Source: the human T2T-CHM13v2.0 reference genome, Homo sapiens. From it: DNA of 64,000 nucleotides. Within the stretch, counting starts at the first letter, position 1. The number at the start of each line of letters is the position of its first letter. Below are positions 12,822-30,004 of the stretch, one piece after another. Both the position numbers and the translations under genes were made by a program. The DNA is taken from the NCBI RefSeq assembly GCF_009914755.1, contig NC_060947.1. One strand, 5' to 3'. The notes beneath the pieces are model-generated. The model made no database searches and was not told the origin of the DNA. It saw nothing but the letters and a program-made list of their open reading frames with translations.

Positions 12822-13405
12822 TGTGAAAAATGCACTCACCTGTCCAAACCCAAGGAATGAACTCAGAGACATGGAGAATAGCAGAAGCGAGACTTTTAAT
12901 GATGGTCTTGCAAGATTGGATGTCTGGTAGGCAGACACACCCAGTACTGTTACAACAAGCCATTTATCCCCTAGTATGCAAGTCCCTCCCTCAGTTCCTC
13001 ATAGGCTGAGTACTATGGGATCACAATCTTCCCGGATGTCGCCTATTGGTCTTTGGGTTGAGGCTTTTAGGTATTTTCTTTAGGGTTGTCTCACTGCATT
13101 TTGTTGCAGCCCATAATGCATTACAATCATGGTCAGTTCTGGGGCTCTTCAAGTACTTCACTTATGACCCAGGTAGTCAGGCAAGCTGATAAGAATAGAT
13201 AAAGCGAGCTATCTTGCAGGCTAGTAAACTTTCACTGTAGATAAAGGTCTTTGGTTCCAGTGTGGGTAACTAAGGGGGCCCTGACAAGCAGGTGCCGGCT
13301 ATTAAAGCAGGGGCCTAGTATATCCTTTGTTCCATAGTTTGTGGGCCCAAGCCTATTAGAGGCACGTTGTCTTGGAAATGGATATCATATACATTATTTT
13401 CTACA
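12822..13405 (-). mobile_element. ERV1-class solo LTR, family not assigned
   Basis: TG...CA ends; ATTAAA near the minus-strand 3' end; 4-bp flanks TGGT/CAGT consistent with a CpG-decayed CGGT TSD. Confidence 0.7.
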
Positions 13406-13806
13406 CAGTTGAAAACTGGAAAGTTTTATGAACTTGGAGTGACTTCCTGCGAGGCTGATGTAATAATTCTAAGTATAGTAACATTTCACTCTATTTTCCT
13501 TGAACTACCAGCATGAAAATATAAAACATTTACAAATTAAGTAAAAGGTCCTTTCAAAGACAAATGCAGTAACACATCTAAACTGAAACAAAACATCCTA
13601 AATAAATACACAGTAATAGCTAACTATTTATGTATTGCAGAAACTCGGTAGCTACTCATCAACCGCAATTCCTCTTCCTGTGGACACAGGGGGAAGACCA
13701 CATTGACAAGAGCCCCATTCCTTTGGGCTCACAACCTCACCAAAGCCTGGTCCAGGAGCCAGCAACATGAAGCATCATCTTGGAGCTCATAAAATTGCAC
13801 AGTCTC

Positions 13807-14950
<1,144 letters not shown>

Positions 14951-15614
14951 AAAATGCAGTCTCAACCTCATCCTAGAGCTGCTGAATCAGAATCTGCGTT
15001 GAGACAAGACCACCTGGTGAATCATATACACATTAAAATACCTACTGTAGAGAAAAGCCGCCCAGGACCATTTGACCAGGGACATCTCTGTATACGGGGG
15101 AAGGAAATGCTTGTTGCACTGAGCTGTGGAGTTATTTGATACAATAACTAGCATGCATCCTACTCACTAAAACTCAGCGAAAATAAAATGTTCTTATGGC
15201 TTACCAATTCCACACCTGTAATTGTCTTACTAGAGCAGAAAACATGTACATTTATGCACATATAAAATCTTCTTCCCTTTCTCTTGGTATATATACATTT
15301 AATTTCAATGACACCTTTTCTTATGTTATAGTCATCTTCACCCACCTTCTCTTAATATATTATTGTCATCTTCAGCCCCCATGGAAGAGAAGCAGTTAAA
15401 TATTCTGAAATCTCTGTAACATGTCATCTAGGTCCTTACAATTTAGAAATGATGGAGTATCCTCAGCAAAGAAGGGCAGAGGTCTTCCTCAAGGTCAAGT
15501 CAAGGTTCATGCATAGACTCTCAAGTCAACACAAATCAGCTCAGGGAAAAAGTGTTTTAACCTTTGTCAAATTTTTGTTATAGGGAGCAACTTAGCAGGA
15601 TATCTGCTTTAACT

Positions 15615-16112
15615 CAGCACTCTTCAAGATGTTTGGTTTTAAGGCCATTTTACTCTATTAAAAATGACTGAGGACCTCAAATAACATTTATAATGTAGGT
15701 TATATTTATCAAAGTAGAAACCTAAAAACATTTGAAGTATTTATATTATTTTATTAAATTTATATATAATAAACCCTTTGCATGTTAATATAGAAACATT
15801 TTTATTAAAGATAATAATTTTTAAAAACCGGGGAGTAAGACCACATGGTTTTGTAGTCGCACTAATCTTTTTAGTGGGCTTGATCAAAGACAGCTGGATT
15901 TTCTTGTCTGCTTCTGCATTCAATCTGCTGTAATATCACATGTCATGCGGCCTCTGGAAAACTTTACTGTAAACTTAGGAGGGAATGAGAGAGGGGGGCG
16001 GAAAAGGCAACACTGTCTGGGGCTATCATGAAAAGCTTTGTGACCCTAAGGACTCCTTGAAAGGGTCTTGCAGACACTCAGCGTTTCCCAAACCACAATA
16101 TGGGAATTTCTG
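15615..16112 (+). mobile_element. hAT-Charlie DNA transposon relic (MER119-like)
   Basis: gacagctggattttcttgtctgcttctgcattcaatctg and aaaatgactgaggacctcaaa motifs. Confidence 0.6.
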
Positions 16113-16179
16113 TTCAACTGGGTTGAATGCTGGCCTTTGCGTGCAGAATAGCAGAAAACCAGCATCATTTCTGTCTTGT

Positions 16180-16600
16180 TCAGGGTTCAGTACATAATGA
16201 GAATGCTAAGCTTCTTGTTCAAAAATAGTATTAGCCTGGTCAACATAACAAGACCCCATCTCTACAAAAGTAAAAATAAAAAATTAGCTGGGTGTGGTGG
16301 CTTGGGCTTGTAGTCTTAGCTATTCAGGAGGCTGAGGCAGGAGGATCCCTTGAGCCCAGGAATTTGAAGCTGCAGTGAGCTATGATCCTACCCACTGCAC
16401 TGCACTCCAGCCTGGGCAACAGAGCGAGACACTGTATCATGTATACATATATATAATATACATGCTATATATATATATATGTATATATAATTTTAAGATA
16501 TATGTAATTAATTTTAAGACCGCAACAGGAAAACATTAAAAACCAAGTGCGGGGGGCCCTTCTAAGTGTGGGTTGCATGTCAACGAATCTAGCAAAGCTG
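16180..16600 (-). mobile_element. MER91-like hAT relic interrupted by a 5'-truncated AluJ (16233-16435, +) with a (TA)n tail
   Basis: ttgttcaaaaata...ttaagaccgcaacag...aaaccaagtgcgggggcccttct flanks around an Alu right arm. Confidence 0.6.
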
Positions 16601-17284
16601 GAAATATAATTGCATCTTTCCCTATAATGGAGGGCAGTTAACCCAGCTGGGCTTGGTTGTGCTTATGATTAACTTCATTGCATCCCAGGCTTCGAATTTG
16701 TCCAGGGGTAAGTTGCTGTTACCGTGGGCTTAGGGTGGAATCTAAGAGGCACGACGGTTTTCTTATTGTTTCTTTTCTCCCCTCAGCTTTTGGCTTCTCC
16801 TGCTCTCTGCATCTCACAGGAAAGACATCCTTTTGTACTCTCCCACCTTCCCTAGCAGCTCATTGCTGTTACTTCATAGTTTGTGTTCTGCTGGTGATGG
16901 AGATTGAGTGAAAGAGTAGGTTCTGTTTTCCTAATCTAGCCTCTGATTGAGGCTGGTCCCGTGTTCTCAGGGATGGGAGGTGAGACTCTCCCTTTCACAG
17001 CAGCCAAACTCAGGGAGGAATCTATGGTTGGCCATGGTGGGAGGCAATTCATGCTCTTTTCGCCAGAGGCAGCAGAGCACTGCTTTATATTAGGATAAGA
17101 TCTTGGGGCCAGATGAGTTATCTGCTCCTTTTCTAAAATTAGAGGATTTGTCTTCTATTCTTACACTGGCTATGAAGGAAGGGTTTTCGCCTGGGCTATA
17201 ATGGTTGATATTGTTTGCTGCATCTCTTTTCAGTGATTTAAGTCTTTGTTTCCAATGAGTGAAGGAGTCAGGGAAGTTTGTGGG

Positions 17285-17828
17285 TGTATTAGTCAGGGGT
17301 CTCTAGAGGGACAGAACTAATAGGATAGATGAATATATGAAGGGGAGTTTATTAGGAGAATTGACTCCCACGATCACAAGGTGAAGTCCCACAATAAGCT
17401 GTCTGCAAGCTGAGGAGCCAGAAAGCCAGTCTGAGTCCCAAAATCTCAAAAGTAGGGAAGCCGACAGAACAACCTTCAGTCTGTGGCTGAAGGCCCAAGA
17501 GCCCCTGGCAAACCACTGGTGTAAGTCCTAGAGTCCAAAAGCTGAAGAACTTGTAGTCTGATGCTCGAGGGCAGGAAGCATCCAGCATGGGAGAAAGATG
17601 AAGGCTGGAAGACTCAGCCTAGTGTTTCCCATTCTTCTGCCTGCTTTTTATTCTGGCCATCCAGGCAGCTGATGAGATGGTGTCCACTCAGATTGAGGGG
17701 AAGTCTGCCTTTCCCAGTCCACTGACTCAAATGTTAACCTTCTTTCACAACACCCTCACGGATACACCCAGGAGTAATACTTTGCATCCTCAATCCAATC
17801 AAGTTGACACTCAATATTACCCATCACA
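17285..17828 (-). mobile_element. MLT2 (ERVL) solo LTR
   Basis: TGTATTAGTCAGGG...CAAGTTGACACTCAATATTACCCATCACA; TSD GTGGG. Confidence 0.92.
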
Positions 17829-17931
17829 GTGGGACTTTGTGGTTTTTCAGAAATTTTCTCAGAAATCACTACAAAGTGACTTCACTTTTTTATTGACAGT
17901 GAAACTGCTGGTCATTTTCAGGCCTACACCC

Positions 17932-18192
17932 TTTTTTTTTTTTTTTTTTCCAGAGAGAGGGTCTCATTCTGTCGCCTAGGCTGGAGTGCAGTGGGCAGTG
18001 GTATAATCAGAGCTCACTATAGCCTCGAACTTCTGGGTTCAAGCAATCTTCCCACCTCAGCCTCCCAAGTAGCTGGGAATACAGGGTCTCTCTGTGTTGC
18101 TCTGGCTGGTTTTGAAGTCCTGGCTCAAGCAATCCTCCCACTTCAGCCTCCCAAAGTGCTTGGGATTCCAGGTGTGAGACACCACGCACCGC
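17932..18192 (-). mobile_element. AluJ with central deletion
   Basis: Arms fused at gggaatacagggtctc; middle A-rich linker absent. Confidence 0.85.
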
Positions 18193-18304
18193 ATGCCTAC
18201 GTCATTGAAGTGGACTCTCTCGTATCTCCTGCCCTGCCTCCAAGCTGTCTCATGAGAACATAATGAGGCCTATCGAGAGACGGGCAGTAGGCAGAAACTT
18301 CCTT

Positions 18305-18960
18305 TGTGTCTGGGATTCTAGGGATATTAAAATTTTTAAAAAGGTAAATTCCAGACTCTCGTGAAGATATAAAGTAATCATGTGCTAAGTATTTTATTTT
18401 ACTTATTAGTTAATGAGGAATTGGTAAAATAGACAATCGGTTTGCATATTTTTGGTCTGATAAAGAACACTAAAATGAATCTACAAATGGTTGCGTAAAT
18501 GACCAGATGCTAGTATTTGTTTCCTGTTGCATAGTGTAGCCAAGTTGACGCATCCAGAAAACATCACACTGGCAAAATTCACATGGTGAAAACCAATGGC
18601 ATCCAACTAGAAATCATTTGCATCGCTTCGGACACAAATTATTTGCTTTGCTATTGGGGTTCTATAACTTAGAGAGTCATAAAATAGCCTGGTCAAGGCC
18701 AATGGAGGCAGAAATAACCCAGATGGATGAGATAGTTAGGACACCCATTCCACTTCAAAGTCTTTCAAAATTTTTCCCTAGAGGGACTTGCAGCTATTTC
18801 AGATAGACATGGTCACACAGTGGACCTATAAAAATTGTTTAACATTTCAGCTGATATTGTTGTATTTGCTATTGTAAAGGCTGGCCTTCCCTCCCCAGTT
18901 GCATACAGCATTTCTCCTTGGAAGGCCTTGTCCTCTTCAGAGGGCTTAAGGCAAGTTACA
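18305..18960 (-). mobile_element. Possible old ERV LTR, unclassified
   Basis: TGT...ACA ends and LTR-like length; no TSD found. Confidence 0.3.
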
Positions 18961-20549
18961 AGTGTGTAGGCTCTCCATCTCTCTCTCTTTTTGGTGGGAG
19001 TGACATTCTCTGCACTTTTCTACAACCCAAGGAGATGTGGGAGGAAAGAGGTTGTTGCATATTTTGATGCTCAGGCTGGTTCCACACAGCAGCTTTGTTG
19101 TGGAGGTGTTTTGGGGAATAAAGCAGAGTGAGCTGTGATCACATAAGGACTGAAGTAGTGCAGAGAGAAAGGAGTAGTATGAAAAATCCCACAGAGACAC
19201 AGCTGCAGGCAGTGGAACAGGCAGTAAGCAGGTACTGGAGGAACGCCCAGCAACCCCTCTGCCTTAATCAGAACTTTCCAATTACATGCGTCTTCCTTTC
19301 TTTGATAGAACTTAGTATTATTATTAACCTCCTGAGACAGAATTTTTTTTTTTAGTAATTGCCAATGGTTTGGGGCAGACATTAATTGCACTGGAATATT
19401 TTCACTGCACACTTTCAGGAATAGAAATAATAAAATGAGTTGCACTCTAAGGAACAAAAAACAAATAGAAATAATCTAAGTGAAGTGGGATGGTAATAAT
19501 GCCTACATTTGCAAGATGCTTGACAGTTTTCCAGGGATTTGCACCAACAGGAATATCTGAGTTGGGGGAGAAAACACAACAACATTAGTAAAGGTTCAAT
19601 GTGCAGCACAGCCTGTCTTCTACTGTGAAATAGTTGTCCTTTGATTTATTAAGTGTAGCTAAATTTATATTGGGTTTATTTGTATAAACCATCTTCAATT
19701 CTTTTTTTTTTTTTTTTTTTTTTTTTTGGCGAGCAGGCAGGTTAGCAATACGAAAAGCAATGTTATTCTTCTGCTACAGTTACATAGAAAATAGGACTCC
19801 TAATGCTTATTAAGCCTTTTCAGGGTTGCACCTTTGTGAGCGGTAGACACGGTATTAGAACTCAAGATAACCTTCTTTCTCATCCTCCTACTCTTTGCGG
19901 TTACAGAAACTTGCACTTCTTATAAAGAACACATTTTACAATGAATCTAGGCCACTTGTAGAAGAAAATGCCACCTGTGTATGTGTGTGTTACTTGTCTT
20001 TAATTCGAGATAAAGCATGCCACTGTCAAAAAGTGAAGTTGCTATATCTGGCAGAAACTTTTGTATTTCTTTTGAATTATTTGGATAATTGTCTCCAATT
20101 CTTTATTCAGAAGTTTATGCACAAACAGGATGTAATCTCAAATTCCTAGGCTTGCCTCTTAAACTTGGGAAACTCAATTGCATTCAGCATAGCTTATTCC
20201 CACCTATATGTGCTCATTAAGTTGTTCATGAACATGGTCTTCAATGAATGAAGCTGACGTACTTGTTTTTCAAGTGACTATGGCTTCCATTTATGTCTTG
20301 GTTTTGTTTCATCATTAGCATAATCAGGCATGTGTAGATATGTAGGGTGTTTGGAAGAATGAAGATGAAATGATGGAAAGCCGGAGACATGTACTTATAG
20401 TACAAACTCCGTTTTTTATGAGCACAGACAAAGGTTTGCGAAGACATGGAGAGGAATCTCTACCCATGTAGATGCAGATGGCCAACTACCACTCATCCCA
20501 TACTTGTAACTCATGATAAGGCTCTATCGTCTCTTCATCTCTGTGCTAG

Positions 20550-21325
<776 letters not shown>

Positions 21326-21379
21326 CATAGTGAATTCTGATGGTGCAGGCAAGGGCAGGTCATGCTTTGGAAGCCACCA

Positions 21380-21550
21380 AGCCTGAGTTCCAGCCATGAC
21401 ACAGCCACTCATGAGCCATATGGCCCTGGGTAAGTCATGTCACTTTTCTAACCTCAGTGTCCTTTATATATAACACAGTAATAGTAATACTAGCCTCCTA
21501 AGGTTGTTCCTATAACTAAATGGGTGTTAGGCATGTGGTACGTTACTCAA
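21380..21550 (+). mobile_element. MIR SINE
   Basis: ccctgggtaagtcatgtcacttttctaacctcagt core. Confidence 0.65.
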
Positions 21551-22405
21551 TTAAGAGTATCATTATAAATGTTTCCAGTAATCCATGTATCTAATGAACA
21601 TAGGTTTCTTAAAGCTATCCAGTGATTTCAAGCAAAAGCAAGAAGGGAGAAGAGAATTAGATATGATTAGAGGCAAGGATTTGTTTTCATCCTCCACAGC
21701 TCAATGTCTTAAACAGTGACACCATGATTCATGTTGAGTAATAGCAATTAGCTAAATGTCTGTTATTAGGAGGGCCAATGGTTTTATGTATTGATTTTCA
21801 ATCATGAGGAGGACTGCCATGCCATACTTCCTGCTGTGGCCACACCCCATGTTGAAGGATCTACTATGGAGAGTTCTTGTTTTTATTCCCGGAGTGCTGT
21901 GTATTGGACCAAGGGGAGGGAAATCTGACCTAAGAGGAAGAATGAGGCCAGACACATCAGGTGCGGTCTGGTATGAAGAGATGACACAGACTAGGGGTAG
22001 GCTCCTTCTAGAAATACCAACTAGAAAACACACTGGGAAAGTGAGGTGTTAAAGAATGAGAAATGAGCTCACCCAAATGTGGAAACAGAACGAGGAAGGA
22101 AAAACAGAAACCAGAGATCATACTAGACAACACTCTAAGGAAGCCCAAACTTAAGAGGTAGCAGCAGAAGCTATGAGGTAGAGAGAAAGGGAAGAGATGG
22201 GGGGAAAAATGAAAGAGCTGTGAAGTCACACAGAAAGGATCAAACACAAGCAGAGGCTGGAAAGTAGAAACACAAAGGAAGGGATCAGCACCTGTGGGGT
22301 TGTGACAGTGCCAGCTTGGTGATCATGTCCAGGTTTCCTGCTAGCCCATGAATTCCTTGAAAATACATTATTTTATTTTTAAGATGATTTGCATAATTAT
22401 GTTAA

Positions 22406-22850
<445 letters not shown>

Positions 22851-25461
22851 AAAAGTTTACATTTCACATATTGAAGAGGGAAAAAAATAAAAGCATTATA
22901 GTAAGTTCCCTCAAAGACAGTTACTATTAACATGTGGCTATATTTCAAACCAATATTTTTCAAGTGTATTTTATGCATTGTTATCATATTCATATCAAAT
23001 TGTATTTTACTGGTTAATACTTAATATGGTATATTGTATTTCCTAAATTTCTACGTGCTTTTCATAATGTTTATTTTTGATATATATAATAATCCACTGA
23101 GGTTGATGTAATATGACATATTCAAACATGTACCCACAGTAGATATTTAAATTGACCCTTTCCCACTATCATTGACTTTGCTTTTCCTTCAGAGATGAAA
23201 TGAACTATGCCTACAAATGACACCCCACAACCATTTTCCTTAACAGCTCTGCATAGTTTTAAAATCACCTTATGGCATTTTTTTCGTGGAAAAACCCCCG
23301 AGGATAAGCTGTTTTTTTCTTCCATTTTTTAGGTCACTTATGTTTCCTGCTTGAATGAATGTATATGATTCTTTCCTTTTCCATGAAATTCTTGGCAAGC
23401 ACTCTTAGTCACCAAACTCAATTATTTTCTCAGCTTAAGGAAAGTTTTTTCTACGATGTCCTCAATATTTACTCCCTTCCTTCATTGGTCTTCATTTTCT
23501 TAGTCCCCAACTACTCTTTGTAGCTTATAGTGATGTTCTGCAGGGTACTGTAGCCTCAATAAATCTAATACATTCTCTTATCATTAAAAAAAAGCTCCAT
23601 TTTCTTCACCTTGGTATCCACTCTCTCTAATCGCCATGCATATTGCTGCATTGATCTCTCTAGGTTTTACTTTTTCCTTATGAAGATTTCAAAACAGATC
23701 TTTTTTCTTGTGATAACATTTCTGAAATCCAAAAAGCTTTCTGAACTTGAGACTGTTATTTACTCACCTCAGCCCATTCCTTCCATTCCTATTTTTTTTC
23801 CACAGAAGCCATAGAATTCTATATTTAATAATACAGAGCAGTCATTTTCAAAGGGTTTCTCTTTGTGTCACTCAAATGAATTCATGAGGAATGCTTCCCT
23901 GTGTGTCTGTAGGAATTGCAACCGTTGTCTAATGTTTTGGATTTGTGTCTAAATCTTTGTTACTCTCCCACCCCAACCCACTTATTCTGCTACTTATCTC
24001 TCCAGCTTCACCTCTTGTGGCTCTTTGCTTCTGACTCTGCTTTTTAGCAGTGATGAACCACTTGCAGTCCCAAAAGTACACCAGGCTCCTTTCTTCCGCA
24101 GGATGTGGCATGGGATATTGACTTCCTGGGTCATGCTTCCCTTTCCCCGCATCCCTCATGTCCATCCTCATCTATTCCTTTTCAGTGTATACGTTATCTC
24201 TCAGAAGACCATCCCTATTGTTCTAAGGGATGTTCCCAGACCACCGCGTTAGGGGTTCCCCTAAGTATTTCTGAGTACTCGTCACATAACGTAATTCCCC
24301 AGTCTATTTTAAGCTACACAAAAGTAGAAAAAATACATCTTGTTCACCAGCCTCTTTCAGTGCCCAGAACATCATCTCAGGGCATTTTAAACAGTAGTGA
24401 TTCAACATATCTCTTGCATCCATTAATTATTGAATAACAACCTCTTTGAGTGAGGTAAGATGTGGAATGAGGTAAGAGCTGTAAAAGCCTGATGTTTGCA
24501 GAAAATGTACAAAGTTACAGCCTAGTCATTGGAAGGTTTTGTTTCAAAATCCAATTAGTATTATGAAATTATGTTATGCCACTTCTAAGAATAGTTTTGA
24601 AACAAATCAACATTTCTGAACCAAGTTTCAGCATGCCAAAGGAAGAAGCACGACTACTTTCAGAGCCATTGAAGTGTATCAGAAGTTTTTCACGTATGCT
24701 CTGTTGGAATCCTCGCAAGTACTTTGTAAACTGGCTATGAGTAGACCCATGTTGAAAATAAGGAAACAGAACAGAGAAGTCACCCATCTCTTGGGAAGTT
24801 GTTCCTGGATTGTAGTTTCTCTGAGTCTGCCTATAATGTGCTTACTAAGTTTGGAAACTCAGACTTTTCCCCTCCATGGAGAGATGGAGCTGCCCTCTTT
24901 TGAAGATCCCTAAGGACTTCCCTTGATTTTGAGAACTGAGCTTCTTTCTCTTCACCCTCCAAGCTCTATGTCCCTTCAAATTGCTTCTGGTCTGAGGGCT
25001 TGTACTCAGTTTTGACAACACACCATGCAAATGGAAGGTAAGACTCACTCAAGGTAGATGAAATTCCCCTCTCCCTTGCTTCCTTTATTACAGAGGATAA
25101 TATTCCTTCCCACAGCTTGCTGCCACACTGCCCATGTTGCTTCCAACAACAGCACCATGTCTGAGAACTATGCTGTGCAAAGTGAGACGTATTCTAGTAT
25201 TCTACTCTGCCATGAAACTTTTAGCTAAATTCCCGTGGAGTAGATGACAAACTTTCCAGTACATGACTATTATGCCACAAACAACCAGAACAGTAACCGA
25301 TAACACCTCATTCACAGTCAACTAGAGGGAAGACAAAACTGCCAACAGCTGTGGAGGTGAATCTCAGGATTCCTAATGGCTCCTGGTAGAAATGCTGTCC
25401 ATGTGATATCAGCCTAGGCTTGATCTCTGTGGTCTCTGTCTTTCTCTCCCCTGTTTTTCAT

Positions 25462-25830
25462 CTGACTTAGCTGGGGCTGATACAGCAGAATACTGGGTGG
25501 CTTAAACAGCAGAAATTCATTTCTCACACTGCTTGGAGGCTGGGAAGTCCAAGGTCAAGGCACCAGCAAATCCACTGTGTGGTGAAGGCTCTCTTCCTGG
25601 CCTGCAGACAGCTGTCTTCTTGCTGTATCCTCACATGGTGGACAGAGATTTATCGTCTCTCTCTTCGTTCTTCTTATAGGGCCACTAATCCCATGATGAG
25701 AACTCTGCACTCATGACTTACCTACCTCCCAAAGGCTCCATCTCCAAATACCATTGCAGTGGGAATTAAGGCTTCACCATATAAGTTTGGGGGTTGGGGA
25801 TAGAGACACAGACTTTCAGTTCATGACTTC
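25462..25830 (-). mobile_element. MaLR LTR (MLT1A-like)
   Basis: ggaggctgggaagtccaaggtcaagg...cactaatcccat...ctccaaatacc motifs. Confidence 0.8.
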
Positions 25831-25872
25831 ATCTTTCTTCATTTTATTCTTGATCTTTTGACCAGGTCTTCT

Positions 25873-26563
25873 TATAACCACCCAGTGGGTTCACCTTGCT
25901 TATGGCCTAGACAGAGCCGATTTATCAAGACAGGGCAATTGCAATAGAGAAAGAGTAATTCACACAGAGCTGGCTGTATGGTAGACTGGAGTTTTTTTAT
26001 TACTGAAATCAGTCTCCCCGAGCACTGGGGAGCAGAGTTTTTAAGGACAACTTGGTGGGTGAGGGGAGGCGCGTGAGCCAGGAGGGCTGATTGATCAGGA
26101 ATGAAATCATAGGGCGTTGAAGCTATCTTCCTATGCTGAGTCATTTCTTGGGTGGGGGCCACAAGATCAGATGAGCCAGTTTAACTATCTGGGTAGTGCC
26201 GGCTGATCCATCAAATGCAGAGTCTGCAAAATATCTCAAGCACTGATCTTAGGAGCAGTTTAGGGAGGGTCAGAATCTTGTAGCCTCCAGCTGCATGACT
26301 CCTAAACCATAATTTCTAATCTTGTGGCTAATGTTAGTCCTACAAAGGCAGTCTAGTCCCCAGGCAAGAAAGAGGTCTGCTTTGGGAAAGGGCTGTTACT
26401 GTCTTTGGCTTAAACTATAAACTATAAACTAAATTTCTCCCAAAGTTAGTTCAGCCTACACCCAGGAATGAACAAGGACAGCCTGGAGGTTAGAAGCAAG
26501 ATGGAGTCAGTTAAGTTAGATCTCTTTCACTGTCTCAGTCATAATTTTGCAAAGACGGTTTCA
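25873..26563 (-). mobile_element. LTR8 solo LTR (ERV1)
   Basis: cctagacagagccgatttatcaagacaggg...cataattttgcaaagacggtttca; 4-bp flanks TTCT/CTCT. Confidence 0.85.
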
Positions 26564-27144
26564 CTCTTACGTCTTAAACAGTGTTGACTTACTGACTGGC
26601 AATGTCTGTTATCTCAGAATCTCAAATTTACTTTAAACAGCACTGAAAATTTTACTACTCTAAGGTCTTTTCTAATCTCTAGAATGATCAACAGATAAAA
26701 TAAAATTGACCGGCTATATATGATCCCTTTGTTGTGGAAAAGGAAATATTTATCAAGAGATACCAAAGGACCTATGTAAAACAAAGAAAGTTGGAGCAAT
26801 GCCCATTAATCTTTTCATCTTGTAGCGTATAGCTCCCAGCATGTTTTAGAGTATCCATGATTACTGTCATGATTTACGTTCTTTTTATTTTGTATGTTTA
26901 CATATTTGACACCGTCTAGATGATGTTGGTTTCAAGGAAACATTCACTGGAAACTGAGTTGGCAGGGAAATGGACAAGGTCATTTGAGTTATCTTTCTTA
27001 TCACTCAAATCTGTGCTTTTTTTCCAGTAAAGGAGTGGGTGTGAGCTACCAGCATTGTGGCTTGTGCTGGGAATCTATGCTTCTGATGGTGCTATTTTTA
27101 GTGAGTGCCTGGGTATATTCGAAATGAATTTGTTTGTATATTAT

Positions 27145-27533
27145 TTTTTAATTTAATTTAATTTAATTTTAAGTTCCCAGATACATGTGCAGAATGTGCA
27201 GGTTTGTTGCATAGGTAAACGTGTGACATGGTGGTTTCCTGCACCTATCATCCCATCACCTAGGTATGTAGCCCCACATGCATAAGCTATTTATCTTGAT
27301 GCTCTTCCTCCCCAGGCCCAACCGACAGGCCCCAGTGTGTGTTGTCCCCTCCCTGTGTCCATGTATTCTCAGTGTTCAGCTCCCACTTATAAGTGAGAAC
27401 ATGTGGTATTTGGTTTTCTGTTCCTGTGTTAGTTTCCTGAGGATAATGACTTCCAGCTCCATCCATGTCCCTGAAAAGACATAATCTCATTCCTTTTTAT
27501 GGCTGCATAGCATTCCATAGTGTATATGTACCA
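27145..27533 (-). mobile_element. L1PA (older subfamily) 3' end
   Basis: atacatgtgcagaatgtgcaggtttgt...cccacttataagtgagaacatg. Confidence 0.9.
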
Positions 27534-27697
27534 CTCGTTTGTACATTTATCCAACTAGCACTTATTTGACATTTCTGGCCAATGAAGATTGAGTAAAGAC
27601 ATGCTTATTCTGCATTCCTTTCTTTAATTCAACCTTAAACAAGTGAAATATTGAAACCTGTTGCCAGGGGGTGAAAAACACTTCCCTCTTCAATCAT

Positions 27698-28408
27698 TGT
27701 CTTAGTTTGTTATGTGGTGCTGTAACAGTATACCACAGATGAGGTAATTTATCAAGAATGGAGATTTCTTTCTTACAGTCTTGGAGGCTGGGAAGTCGAA
27801 GATTGAGGGGCCCACAGCTATTGAGGGCCTTCATGCTGCATCATCTTGTGGTGGAAGACAAGAGTGCCAGAAAGCAAGAGATTCAACTCCTGGCCCCAAG
27901 CCCTTTTATAAGCAGCATTGAAGGCCAGGCGTGGTGGCTCATGCCTGCAATCCCAGCACTTTGGGAGGCCGAGGCAGGTGGATCAGGAGGTCAGGAGTTC
28001 AACACCAACCTGGCCAAGATGGTGAAACCCAGTCTCTACTAAGAATACAAAAAATTAGCTGGGCGTGGTGGTGGGCGCCTGTAATCTCAGCTACTTGGAA
28101 GGCTGAGGCAGAGAATTGCTTGAACCCGGGAGGCAAAGGTTGCAGTGAGCCGAGATGGCGCCAATGCACTCCAGCCTGGGCGACAGAGTGAGACTCCGTC
28201 TCAAAAAATAAATAAATAAATAAATAAATAAATAGATAAATAAATAAATAAATAAATAAATAAAATAAGCAGCCATTGATCCATTCATGAGGTTGGAGGC
28301 CTCAGGACCCTCAGGCATCTCTCCCTAAGCCCCACCTCTGAGCACTATTGCATTGGAGAATAGGTTTCCAATACATGGACTTTTGGGAACACATCCAAGC
28401 CATGGCAA
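27698..28408 (-). mobile_element. MST-type MaLR LTR split by an Alu
   Basis: tgtcttagtttg...gctgtaacagtataccacaga; resumes after the Alu and ends acatccaagccatggca. Confidence 0.8.
27923..28266 (+). mobile_element. AluS with (AAAT)n tail
   Basis: TSD AAGCAGC(C)ATTGA. Confidence 0.92.
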
Positions 28409-28420
28409 TCATAGAAAATT

Positions 28421-29040
<620 letters not shown>

Positions 29041-30004
29041 AATGCCACATTCAGTAAATCTTGCCTGCTGCTTGAACATGAAACCTGGGTGAAAATAATA
29101 AAAATACAAAGAATTATGGAGCCAACCAATGTCTTTTCATTCTTGAGAAAGGGAATGCAGAAAAGGCAAGCAACTTTCCAAAATCCTGCAGCTGGTAAGA
29201 GAGTTCCTCTGATAATCTGATGGCAGGAGGAGAATGCAGAGAAGGAAAATAAAAGCACCAAAATGATGAAAGCCAAGGGGTCATAGAAGCAAAATAGTCT
29301 AAGTAGAACAGAAATGACTGAGAACAGTCAACACTGTGGTAAACAAGCTTGAAGAATTGAACACACACACAAGTTACACTACTGTAAGAGCAAGCTTGTT
29401 CCCTAATAGCCTCATATATTATTCAGGATTTATGTTCATATAGTATTTTAAAATTTGAATTACAGTATATGCTACCTGGCAAAAACTGGTTAACTGTTCA
29501 GGAAGCCGCTTTCTTCTTTCCTAGGTGCATTGGGGTGCATGTATCCAGCTTGCCTTGCAGTGAGGTCCTAGGTTACAAGATGGTAGCTGAATTCATGTGT
29601 GCCACTTTCAGGTCTCCCATATAACTTCCTGACAATATGCATCATTCTTTCCCCTCTTTCAGATTCACTGTATATGAGAAAGAAAATTATGGTACCAAAA
29701 CATGGAAGGGAATTGGCACCTGAATTATTCCTCAAAGGAGAATCATTTTGCTAGTCAAGATTACTCATTTGGATTTCATATCACAAGAATGAGAAAATCA
29801 TCTCTTGTGTTTGAGCTATTTTACATTTTTGTGTGTATTTCATGAACTAGTGTTACTATACCTAATCCAGTGCATGAATTTTCGTTTGCTATGAAAAATA
29901 GAGTGAAATATTTTCTTCACAACTCAACCAAGCCCTTGAAGAGAGTTGAAATATTCCTAGCATTCTTCTACATCTTCTTCTTTCTCCTACTTTCTTGACT
30001 AATT

